From: Propionibacterium ruminifibrarum
GTDB lineage: Bacteria > Actinomycetota > Actinomycetes > Propionibacteriales > Propionibacteriaceae
DNA: 32,000 nt
NCBI RefSeq assembly: GCF_900289195.1
Contig: NZ_OMOH01000006.1
Location: 60,001-92,000 of the forward strand
Direction of reading: 5' to 3'
The translations under genes were made by a program, and so were the position numbers. Of the stretch, positions 20,404 through 32,000 are shown piece after piece. Positions within the stretch are counted from its first letter, which is position 1. Each line of letters opens with the position of its first letter. The notes below the pieces were generated by a model. The model did not search any database. It had not been told where the DNA came from and worked only from the letters and a program-made list of their open reading frames with translations.

Positions 20404-21726
20404 TCAGGCGAAGACGTCGGCGCTGGATTCCAGGACGTGGATCGGTACGCTCAGCTCGCCATTGGCGATGGTGTAGTCGATCGGGATGGGATTGCATCCG
20501 CCCTTGAAACCGATGGTGGCGATGTTCATGGCCACCCCGCACAGCTTGCAGATGACCTGGCCGTCCTCCTCGTAGTAGCCGCTGGGACCACAGATCTCGC
20601 AGGCGTCGAGGCCGACGCCGAAGGACGTTCCGGCCTTCTGGATCGCGATGAAACGCACCGTGGTGCCCGCGGACGTCTGGTACTCGAAACGGTGCAGGTG
20701 CGCATCGCTGATCGCGTCGAGGCCGACCACGACGTTGTCGCCCTTGACGTCGAAGGGCTCGGGGGCCGACAGCTCGACCTCCTGTGTCGCATAGCGCTCA
20801 CCGATGGTCAGGACACCGGCTGTGGCAGCCAGGGCGCCGAGGCTGAGGACCGAACGACGACTCATCGAGCGGACGCCGGCCCTCTTCAGCCGCTGCTCGG
20901 ACGCCGCGTCCGCCCCGGTGGGCGTGCGGCGCGCCTGGACCAGCAGGATCATGGCGGCGACGGCTGTGGCGGCCATGGCGACGAAGGAGAACAGGTTGAG
21001 GTGATTGACCAGCCAGGACATCGCCGTGGCGGTCTGTTTCGAGACGCGGATGACCCGCAGGGAGTACAGCAGCCGGATGATGAGGAAGACGTGGGTCGCG
21101 GTGAGGACCAGACCGGTGATGGTGAACAGGACCGGGGCGTAGAACGGGCGCCGCGTGCACATCATCGAGACGCTCGCCCCGGCGACGACCGCGAGTCCGA
21201 CACCGGTCAGGAAACCCAGCGCGTTGAGGAAGGTGGTGCTGGAGAACAGCGTCGAACTGGACGGCACCCACTCCCAGATCTGGAGGTAGACGCTCTGGCT
21301 GGCCCGGAAGACGACGGCCAGGGCCCAGAGGAAACCGGCGGCCGAGGCCACGACGCGCCACGGCGCGGGGATCGGGTTCGCGACGCCGGCGCTGGCCAGC
21401 GAGTTGCCCTGCGCCCCGCGCAGGAGCCCCAGGGTCCGCCGACCGAGGAACCAGACGAGGGCCAGGAGCACCACGAAGAGCCCGACGGTGGGTTCGAGGG
21501 TGGTGAGGGTGAGCCGCTGACGGTCGAAACGGATGATCGAGAACTGGTGGACGATGATGAACGCCAAACCGATGACCGCACCGGTCAGCGCACCCCAGAC
21601 CACCGGGCGGGGGCCCGGACGAGCCGGGTCCCCGCCGCAGGCCAGGCGCACACTGGGAGCCAGCGCTCCGATCGTCAGGGCGACGAGGATGAGCGAACCG
21701 AGCGCGTCAACGAGCTGTGCGAGCAC
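20404..21726 (-). CDS. polytopic membrane protein with C-terminal Cys-rich DUF2318-type domain (Cj1660-like)
   Basis: 440 aa with about 8 predicted TM helices. After a strongly basic loop and a last TM helix (SRRSVLSLGALAATAGVLTIG) comes a soluble domain of about 130 aa with CEICGPSGYYEEDGQVICKLCG...GGCNP (Cys 376, 379, 393, 396, 411; 20494-20601). GTG start preceded by GGGAGAG. Confidence 0.75.
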   Translation of the reverse strand: MLAQLVDALGSLILVALTIGALAPSVRLACGGDPARPGPRPVVWGALTGAVIGLAFIIVHQFSIIRFDRQRLTLTTLEPTVGLFVVLLALVWFLGRRTLGLLRGAQGNSLASAGVANPIPAPWRVVASAAGFLWALAVVFRASQSVYLQIWEWVPSSSTLFSSTTFLNALGFLTGVGLAVVAGASVSMMCTRRPFYAPVLFTITGLVLTATHVFLIIRLLYSLRVIRVSKQTATAMSWLVNHLNLFSFVAMAATAVAAMILLVQARRTPTGADAASEQRLKRAGVRSMSRRSVLSLGALAATAGVLTIGERYATQEVELSAPEPFDVKGDNVVVGLDAISDAHLHRFEYQTSAGTTVRFIAIQKAGTSFGVGLDACEICGPSGYYEEDGQVICKLCGVAMNIATIGFKGGCNPIPIDYTIANGELSVPIHVLESSADVFA

Positions 21727-21748
21727 TGTCTCTCCCGAATGACTGAGG

Positions 21749-21762
21749 TTTGGTATACCAAA
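21749..21762. promoter_or_regulatory. perfect 14-bp AT-rich palindrome TTTGGTATACCAAA in the P19/DUF2318 intergenic gap
   Basis: Read directly from the sequence. It lies 23 nt upstream of the DUF2318-gene GTG and is the most AT-rich patch of the cluster. Function unknown. Confidence 0.25.
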
Positions 21763-21809
21763 GCTCGATCATAGGCACCGGATCAGCTGATCGGTAGCCG
21801 AGGGGCCGG

Positions 21810-22448
21810 TCACCACCACACGGCCTCGGGGTCCCAGTGCCAGTCGGGGAAGGTCGCGACGATCGGTTCGGTCCAGAAGCGCCCCTCGACGCCGGTCTCG
21901 TCGTCGGTGTGCAGCATCCAGCCGTTCTCCTCCGGGGAGTGGATGGTGATCTCGAGCGTGTAGTCGCCGGCGGCCAGCTCGGGCAGGTTGAGGCCGTAGT
22001 GCGGGCCGTCCGAGGCGTTCATGGTCATGAAGGTGCCGCTCTGCACCTCGTTGTCGGAGGCGTCCTTGATGGCGTACTCGACGGTCAGGCCGGGGACGAA
22101 GTCGCCGGCGCCGTAGCCGAGCTGGTTGTCCTCGACGGCCGTGATGTCGGCCTCGAGGTGCATGGCGGCCTGGGAGGCGTCGACACCCATCTTCGGGGTC
22201 ATCTCGACGGGCTGGAAGTAGACCGCTGCGATCTTGAGGGGGCCGGAGAAGACCTCATCGCCGACGGGTTCCTCCTGGAAACCGGCGTCGCCACTGTCAT
22301 CGGCGGTCTCGGCGGCCGAGGCATCGGCGGTGCTCGTGTCGGCCGCCGAACTGGAGTCGGAACTCGAACTGCCGGAGCAGCCGGTCATGAAGCCGGCCAG
22401 CGCCAGTGCGGCGATGAGGCTTCCTACCTTCTTGAATGACATGGACAT
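21810..22448 (-). CDS. P19/Tp34-type periplasmic iron-transport lipoprotein
   Basis: Start at ATG 22448 (AGGAGA plus a 6-nt spacer). Sec-type lipoprotein signal MSMSFKKVGSLIAALALAGFMTGC, then a Ser/Asp/Ala-rich linker. The domain matches C. jejuni P19 as I recall it: IAAVYFQPVEM, HLEADITAVE, GYGAGDFVP, GTFMTMNASDGPHYG, HTDDETGV. Confidence 0.88.
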   Translation of the reverse strand: MSMSFKKVGSLIAALALAGFMTGCSGSSSSDSSSAADTSTADASAAETADDSGDAGFQEEPVGDEVFSGPLKIAAVYFQPVEMTPKMGVDASQAAMHLEADITAVEDNQLGYGAGDFVPGLTVEYAIKDASDNEVQSGTFMTMNASDGPHYGLNLPELAAGDYTLEITIHSPEENGWMLHTDDETGVEGRFWTEPIVATFPDWHWDPEAVWW

Positions 22449-22479
22449 GAAATGTCTCCTGTGTAGAGAGGATTCGGTG

Positions 22480-24144
22480 CTATTCAGTTGTCTGACCCGC
22501 TGTCCGCTCGCCCCGGTCACCGGGCGCCCCGCCGCGACGGCGTTGACGCCGGGATCCGATGACGTAGAGAGCAACGATGATGACGAGAACCACGGCCTGG
22601 CCGGTCAGGTTCTCAACCCGCGGGTAGATCCCCAGCAGGTCGATCGTGGGCAGCCCGTCGATCGCCGTCGACGGCAGGACGTCGGCCTCCTGCAGCTCCT
22701 TGATGCCGGAGCCGGTGAAGACGACGGCCATGGCCGCCAGGAAGATCGACGTGATGATGAAGAAGGGCCGCAGCGGGATGCGCAGGCTGAAGAACCGGAT
22801 CGCCACGTAGACGAGGACGAGGCAGACCGCACCGACGGCCAGGCCGAGCCACACGAGGTGGGTGTCGTCGCCCGCCATCGCCAGGATCGGCTGGTAGAAG
22901 AGGATCGTCTCGGCGCCCTCGCGCAGCACGGCGACGAAGGTGACCAGCACGAGGGAGAACAGTGAGGCGCGGCTGATGCCGTTCTCGGTCGACCCCGGCA
23001 GGTACTTCTTCCACGAGGCGTGGTCGGAGTTCTCGATCATCCAGTTCGACACCCAGATGAGCATGGCCACGGCGACCAGCGCCGTGACGCCCTCGAGCAG
23101 TTCCTGGTTGGAGCCGGCCGCCGCGGTCACGAAGTGGAACAGGAGCGCCAGGGCGCCCGAGATGAGCACGGCGAGGGCCACGCCCGCCCAGATGGCGCGC
23201 GACTCGCGCCGCAGGCCGGCCTTGATCATGAAGGCCATCACGGCGGCGACCACGAGGATGGCCTCCAGGCCCTCGCGCAGGATCACGAGGAAGGCGGAGA
23301 GGAACAGGGTGAGGCCGCCCCCCTCGCTCGTCGCCCCGGTGCTCGGGTCGTACCCGTCGAGCGTGTTGGCGTCCTGGATGAGCATGACCTCGAGCTCGGC
23401 GACTCGCGTCGCGACCGAGTCGTTGTCCTGGTCCGTCATGTCCCGTTTGATGTTGGCGAACTCCAGCTCGATGGTGGACACGCGGGCGCCGGAGACGCGA
23501 CTCATGGTGACCTTCTCGAAACCGGTCGTCTCGTAGTTCCCGTAGTAGGCCTCGTTGACGAGTTCCTTGCCCCGGTCCGGGTCGCCGGCCGCCGAGGCGT
23601 CCCTGCCCTGATTGAGCAGGTCGATCATGGTCGAGGCGACCTGACCCCACTTGCCGGGACTGATCGGCATGTCCTCGGCCCGTTGGGAGTTGCCGTCGAG
23701 GGTCTGCGCCGCATCCGTCACGAGTCTCTTGAGCTCGTCGACCCTGCTGTCGACCTCGGTGCCGTTGTTGTCCTTGATCGCCTGGATGAGCAGGGCGAAG
23801 TCCATGTCGGCGTCCTTGACGTCGGCGCCCGACTTCGCCCCGAGCGCCTCCTCGAAGCCAGAGCCCACGTACGTCTTGTAGCGGGTGTCCCTGACCTGGT
23901 TCTTCGCGCCGTCCTGGTCGCCGTCGTGGAAGGTGGCGGCCGCCGCATCGAGCTCGTCACTGATCTGCTGGGCCACTGTCGTCCACTGCCCCGCGGGTTC
24001 GGCGACGGCCGTCGCCGGACGGCTGAGCGGCAGCAGCACCGCGAGGAGCAGGATCACGCCGATGGCGACGGGCAGGCGGTGCAGGCCGGCCGGCCTGTCC
24101 ACCATCGCTGTCAGCTGCGCGGAATGCACTGGCGAACACCCCAT
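22480..24144 (-). CDS. FTR1-family high-affinity iron permease with a long N-terminal extracytoplasmic domain
   Basis: Two RExxE motifs in TM helices: REGLE (23263-23277) and REGAE (22909-22923). An N-terminal signal or anchor (LPVAIGVILLLAVLLPL) is followed by a helical domain of about 220 aa made of two homologous halves. The start is ambiguous between ATG 24144 and ATG 24105. Confidence 0.88.
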   Translation of the reverse strand: MGCSPVHSAQLTAMVDRPAGLHRLPVAIGVILLLAVLLPLSRPATAVAEPAGQWTTVAQQISDELDAAAATFHDGDQDGAKNQVRDTRYKTYVGSGFEEALGAKSGADVKDADMDFALLIQAIKDNNGTEVDSRVDELKRLVTDAAQTLDGNSQRAEDMPISPGKWGQVASTMIDLLNQGRDASAAGDPDRGKELVNEAYYGNYETTGFEKVTMSRVSGARVSTIELEFANIKRDMTDQDNDSVATRVAELEVMLIQDANTLDGYDPSTGATSEGGGLTLFLSAFLVILREGLEAILVVAAVMAFMIKAGLRRESRAIWAGVALAVLISGALALLFHFVTAAAGSNQELLEGVTALVAVAMLIWVSNWMIENSDHASWKKYLPGSTENGISRASLFSLVLVTFVAVLREGAETILFYQPILAMAGDDTHLVWLGLAVGAVCLVLVYVAIRFFSLRIPLRPFFIITSIFLAAMAVVFTGSGIKELQEADVLPSTAIDGLPTIDLLGIYPRVENLTGQAVVLVIIVALYVIGSRRQRRRGGAPGDRGERTAGQTTE

Positions 24145-24195
24145 TCCTCGAGAAGGACTCGGTTCTTCACAGGTCCTCGACAGAACCCACAGGGA

Positions 24196-24211
24196 GTTAG
24201 CCTAGGCTAAC
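24196..24211. promoter_or_regulatory. perfect 16-bp palindrome GTTAGCCTAGGCTAAC, candidate IdeR/DtxR-type iron box upstream of the FTR1 operon
   Basis: Read directly from the sequence, 52-67 nt upstream of ATG 24144. It contains TAGGCTAAC, identical to the core of the IdeR consensus TTAGGTTAGGCTAACCTAA as I recall it, for about 13/19 overall on either strand. The palindrome also includes a TAnnnT-type hexamer (TAGGCT). Confidence 0.4.
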
Positions 24212-24402
24212 AGTCTCAGGGTTCGCCAGTCGACTCGGCGATCGTTTCGTTCTTGCTGGTCAGACGGCCTTGCACTCCTCGCCTCGGGAGGCGACAGCCT
24301 GTCACAGGATCAGGGGCTGGGTACGACCACAGGCCCTCTGCCCTCTGGACGACCCCGGCGAAGGCCGCGTCGTGCGCCGCCACGAGCGGGTCCACAACGC
24401 AG

Positions 24403-24436
24403 CGAGGGCGCCCCGCGTGTGTGCGGGGCGCCCTCG
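24403..24436 (-). terminator. stem-loop terminator downstream of rpoC
   Basis: Perfect 14-bp inverted repeat: CGAGGGCGCCCCGC (24403-24416), loop GTGTGT, GCGGGGCGCCCTCG (24423-24436). It lies 15 nt after the rpoC stop, and the U-tract is weak (CUGCGUUGUGG). Confidence 0.6.
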
Positions 24437-24451
24437 GTGTTGATGGGCCGG

Positions 24452-28342
<3,891 letters not shown>

Positions 28343-28431
28343 GTTGGTTCTCTTTCCCCTGCCTCCGGCAGGCGGTCAAAACTGTGGATCCAGTGGTCGT
28401 GGGACGGGCCGGAGCCCGACGCCGGAAGGCG

Positions 28432-31400
28432 TCAGGCCTCGGACTCCAGCTTGTACGAGTCGGCGCCGGGCCGGCGGGAGAGGTCGATGCCCAGGTCGTC
28501 GGCGGAGCGGAAGTCGTCCTCCGTGTCGCGCAGGTCGATGACCTGGCCGTCGACGCCGAGGACCTCGACGTTCAGGCACAGCGACTGCATCTCCTTGACG
28601 AGGACCTTGAAGCCCTCGGGGATGCCGGGCTCCGGGATGTTCTCGCCCTTGACGATGGCCTCGTAGACCTTGACGCGGCCGGCGACGTCGTCGGACTTGA
28701 TGGTGAGCATCTCCTGAAGGGCCCAGGCGGCGCCATAGGCCTCGAGGGCCCACACCTCCATCTCGCCGAACCGCTGGCCGCCGAACTGGGCCTTGCCGCC
28801 CAGGGGCTGCTGCGTGATCATCGAGTACGGGCCGGTGGAGCGGGCATGGATCTTGTCGTCGACCAGGTGATGCAGCTTCAGCATGTACATGTACCCGACG
28901 CCCACCTTCTCGGGGAAGGGCTCGCCGGAACGCCCGTCGAAGAGGGTCGCCTTGCCGTCGCTGTCGACGACCATGTCGCCGTCGCGGTTGGGCAGGCCGT
29001 TGGCCAGCAGCCCCGAGATCTCGGCCTCGTTGGCGCCGTCGAACACCGGGGTGGCCAGGCGGGCATTGCCGGCGACGTGCTCGAGTCCGACCTCGCGCAG
29101 CCGCTGGGCCCAGGGATCGTCGCAGTCGCCGATGTCCCAGCCCGAGTGGGCCACCCAGCCGAGGTGCATCTCGAGCACCTGGCCGAGGTTCATGCGGGAG
29201 GGCACGCCGAGCGGGTTCAGGATGATGTCGACCGGGGTGCCATCGGCCATGAAGGGCATGTCCTCGACCGGGAGGATCTTGGAGATGACGCCCTTGTTGC
29301 CGTGCCGGCCGGCGAGCTTGTCACCCACCTGCACCTTGCGCTTCTGCGCGACGTAGACGCGGACCATCTGGTTGACGCCGGGCGGCAACTCGTCGGAGTC
29401 CTCGCGGTCGAAGATGCGCACACCGATGACGGTGCCCTCCTCGCCGTGCGGGACCTTCATCGAGGTGTCGCGGACCTCGCGGGCCTTCTCGCCGAAGATG
29501 GCGCGCAGCAGACGCTCCTCGGGGGTCAGCTCGGTCTCGCCCTTGGGGGTGACCTTGCCGACGAGGATGTCCCCGGTCCGGACCTCGGCGCCGATGCGGA
29601 TGATGCCGCGCTCGTCGAGGTTGGCGACCATGTCGTCGGACACGTTCGGGATGTCGCGGGTGATCTCCTCGGGCCCGAGCTTGGTGTCGCGGGCGTCGAC
29701 CTCGTGCTCCTCGATGTGGATCGAGGTGAGGATGTCCTCGGACACGACCCGTTCGGACAGGATGATGGCGTCCTCGTAATTCAGGCCGTTCCACGGCATG
29801 AAGGCGGCCAGCAGGTTGCGCCCCAGGGCGAGCTCGCCCTGGTCGGTGCAGGGACCGTCGGCCAGGGGCGTGCCCTTCTCGACGTGCTGCCCGGGCACGA
29901 CGACCGGACGCTGGTTGACGCAGGTGCCGGCGTTGGAGCGCTGGAACTTCTCGAGCTTGAACGTCTGGTAGGTGCCGTCGTCGCAGGCGATGTCGATGAG
30001 GTCGCCGGTGACGGAGGTCACCGTGCCGGGCTTTGAGGCGCAGGTGACCTCGCCGACGTCGATGGCCGTGCGGTACTCCATGCCGGTGCCGACGAAGGGG
30101 GCCTCGTTGCGCACCAGCGGAACGGCCTGGCGCTGCATGTTGGCGCCCATGAGGGCCCGGGAGGAGTCGTCGTGCTCGAGGAACGGGATGAGGGCCGAGC
30201 CGACCGACACCATCTGGCGCGGGGAGACGTCCATGTAGTCGACCTCGTCGCGCGGGAGCAGGTCGACCTCGCCGTGGCGCTTGCGCACCAGGACGCGGTC
30301 CTCGACGAAGCGGCCGTCCGCATCGACCCCGGCATTGGCCTGGGCGATGATGTGCCGGTCCTCCTCGTCCGCGGTCAGGTAGTCGACGTCGTCGGTGACC
30401 ACGCCGTCGACGACCTTGCGGTACGGCGTCTCGATGAAGCCGAAGGCGTTGACCCTGGCGAACGAGGCCAGCGAGCCGATGAGGCCGATGTTCGGCCCCT
30501 CAGGGGTCTCGATCGGGCACATCCGGCCGTAGTGGCTCGGGTGGACGTCGCGGACCTCCATGCCGGCGCGGTCGCGGGAGAGGCCGCCGGGGCCGAGGGC
30601 CGACAGGCGGCGCTTGTGCGTCATCTCGGCCAGCGGGTTGTTCTGGTCCATGAACTGCGAGAGCTGGCTGGTGCCGAAGAACTCCTTGAGCGCGGCGGTG
30701 ACCGGGCGCACGTTGATCAGGGTCTGGGGCGTGATGGCCTCGATGTCCTGCGTGGTCATGCGGTCACGCACGACGCGCTCCATCCTGCCCAGGCCGGTGC
30801 GGAGCTGGTTCTGGATGAGCTCGCCCACGGTGCGCAGGCGGCGATTGCCGAAGTGGTCGATGTCGTCCGCCTCGACGAGGAGACCGCCGTCGAGCTCGGT
30901 GCGGCCCTCGTGCAGGGCGCAGATGTAGTGGATCGCGGCCTTGATGTCGTCGATCGTCAGCACCTGCTGGTCGAAGGGCAGGTTCAGGCCGAGCTTCTTG
31001 TTGATCTTGTAGCGGCCCACCTTCGCGGTGTCGTAACGCTTGGGGTTGAAGTAGAAGTTCTCCAGCAGCGTCTGGGCGGCGTCGCGGCTCGGCGGCTCGC
31101 CGGGGCGGAGCTTGCGGTAGATGTCGAGGAGCGCCTCGCCCTGGGTGGTGACGTGGTCCTTCTCCATCGTCATCCGGATGGACTCGTGCTCGCCGAACTC
31201 CTCGAGGATCTGCTCCTCGGTCCAGCCCAGCGCCTTGAGCAGGACGGTGACGTTCTGCTTGCGCTTGCGGTCGAGACGGACGCCGACGGTGTCGCGCTTG
31301 TCGATCTCGAACTCGAGCCACGCACCGCGGGAGGGGATCACCTTGCAGGTGAAGATGTCCTTGTCGCTGGTCTTGTCAGGGGTCTGCTCGAAGTAGACGC

Positions 31401-31908
31401 CCGGGGAGCGCACGAGCTGGGAGACGACGACGCGCTCAGTCCCGGTGATGATGAAGGTACCCTTGTCGGTCATCAGGGGGAAGTCGCCGATGAACACGGT
31501 CTGGCTCTTGATCTCGCCCGTGTCGTTGTTCATGAACTCGGCGGTGACGAACAGCGGCGCGGCGTAGGTGGCGTCACGGTCCTTGCACTCGTCGATGGTG
31601 TACTTGGGCTCCTCGAAACGATGGTCACGGAAGCTCAGCGACATCGTCTGGGAGAAGTCCTCGATCGGGGAGATCTCCTCGAAGATCTCCTCGAGTCCGG
31701 ACTTGGTGTTGACACTGGTGCGCCCGGCAGCCAGGGCTTCATCCACCTCACGCTGCCAGACGTCGTTGCCGACGAGCCAGTTAAACGATTTCACCTGCAG
31801 ATCGAGCAGGTTGGGGACCTCCAGGGGCTCCTGAATCTTCGCGAAGGAGATTCGTCCGCTGCTGGAGACGACATCAGTATTCTTCAACGCATTGCGCGAG
31901 GCGGCCAA
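28432..31908 (-). CDS. rpoB: DNA-directed RNA polymerase subunit beta
   Basis: Full-length RpoB: [52 protein letters not shown], and the C-terminal [20 protein letters not shown] favour the TTG start at 31908 (LAASRNA...), preceded by GGAAGGA. The ORF-track start at 31950 is also TTG and cannot be excluded. Confidence 0.96.
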   Translation of the reverse strand: MAASRNALKNTDVVSSSGRISFAKIQEPLEVPNLLDLQVKSFNWLVGNDVWQREVDEALAAGRTSVNTKSGLEEIFEEISPIEDFSQTMSLSFRDHRFEEPKYTIDECKDRDATYAAPLFVTAEFMNNDTGEIKSQTVFIGDFPLMTDKGTFIITGTERVVVSQLVRSPGVYFEQTPDKTSDKDIFTCKVIPSRGAWLEFEIDKRDTVGVRLDRKRKQNVTVLLKALGWTEEQILEEFGEHESIRMTMEKDHVTTQGEALLDIYRKLRPGEPPSRDAAQTLLENFYFNPKRYDTAKVGRYKINKKLGLNLPFDQQVLTIDDIKAAIHYICALHEGRTELDGGLLVEADDIDHFGNRRLRTVGELIQNQLRTGLGRMERVVRDRMTTQDIEAITPQTLINVRPVTAALKEFFGTSQLSQFMDQNNPLAEMTHKRRLSALGPGGLSRDRAGMEVRDVHPSHYGRMCPIETPEGPNIGLIGSLASFARVNAFGFIETPYRKVVDGVVTDDVDYLTADEEDRHIIAQANAGVDADGRFVEDRVLVRKRHGEVDLLPRDEVDYMDVSPRQMVSVGSALIPFLEHDDSSRALMGANMQRQAVPLVRNEAPFVGTGMEYRTAIDVGEVTCASKPGTVTSVTGDLIDIACDDGTYQTFKLEKFQRSNAGTCVNQRPVVVPGQHVEKGTPLADGPCTDQGELALGRNLLAAFMPWNGLNYEDAIILSERVVSEDILTSIHIEEHEVDARDTKLGPEEITRDIPNVSDDMVANLDERGIIRIGAEVRTGDILVGKVTPKGETELTPEERLLRAIFGEKAREVRDTSMKVPHGEEGTVIGVRIFDREDSDELPPGVNQMVRVYVAQKRKVQVGDKLAGRHGNKGVISKILPVEDMPFMADGTPVDIILNPLGVPSRMNLGQVLEMHLGWVAHSGWDIGDCDDPWAQRLREVGLEHVAGNARLATPVFDGANEAEISGLLANGLPNRDGDMVVDSDGKATLFDGRSGEPFPEKVGVGYMYMLKLHHLVDDKIHARSTGPYSMITQQPLGGKAQFGGQRFGEMEVWALEAYGAAWALQEMLTIKSDDVAGRVKVYEAIVKGENIPEPGIPEGFKVLVKEMQSLCLNVEVLGVDGQVIDLRDTEDDFRSADDLGIDLSRRPGADSYKLESEA

Positions 31909-32000
31909 GGTGTGGTCCTTCCAAGAACTCGCTAGGTTCTTTGCATGCAAAACGGCCCGCGTCGAAACGGGTCGTCCATATGGCGATAAGCAACTACGAA

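Noticed and set aside
20800-20865. Internal MSRRSVLSLGALAATAG as the start of a separate Tat-exported DUF2318 protein, which would split ORF 20404-21726 into two genes
   Set aside because: There is no stop codon or frame change between the TM region and the Cys-rich domain, and no ribosome-binding site before the internal ATG. The Campylobacter counterpart is, as I recall, also a single membrane protein. I kept it as one gene and noted the Tat-like anchor in the findings.
30580-30675. Rifampicin-resistance-determining region of rpoB and streptomycin-resistance codons of rpsL
   Set aside because: The key rpoB positions are wild-type: Asp (30646-30648), His (30616-30618) and Ser (30601-30603), equivalent to E. 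coli 516, 526 and 531. The two rpsL lysines usually cited as K43 and K88 in E. coli numbering (PKKPNSA, RVKDLPG) are intact. The only difference is Ala at the E. coli 522-equivalent position (30628-30630), which may be the natural lineage residue. There is no evidence of resistance.

Overview
GC-rich actinobacterial chromosome; the EF-Tu, RpoB and RpoC sequences look Propionibacteriales-like, but I cannot confirm this without a database search. The window holds two highly conserved blocks, both on the minus strand: rpoB-rpoC (24452-31950) and the str operon rpsL-rpsG-fusA-tuf (7080-11556). About 12.9 kb of accessory DNA sits between them (11557-24451) and carries two convergent modules. The first, on the plus strand, is an ABC-2 exporter (ATPase and permease) with a DesK-type histidine kinase and a NarL-type response regulator. 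The second, on the minus strand, is an eight-gene putative iron-uptake cluster: FTR1 permease, P19 lipoprotein, DUF2318-type Cys-rich membrane protein, two FtsX/MacB-type permeases, ABC ATPase, FMN-binding lipoprotein and ApbE flavin transferase. This cluster is the most interesting content. Its first six genes follow the order I recall for Campylobacter cj1658-cj1663, but a covalent-flavin module replaces the thioredoxins. It also has a perfect 16-bp IdeR/DtxR-like palindrome upstream, an ApbE with no visible signal peptide next to a substrate with a Tat-type lipoprotein signal, and an unexplained AT-rich palindrome inside the operon. Left of tuf lie housekeeping and accessory genes: VKOR homologue, DUF2079-like membrane protein, Bcr/CflA-type MFS transporter, GNAT acetyltransferase, LysP-like permease and a 5'-truncated UmuC-like polymerase. 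I found no tRNA, rRNA, CRISPR array or transposase. Many long ORFs in the six-frame track are antisense or out-of-frame shadows typical of GC-rich DNA, and I rejected them.
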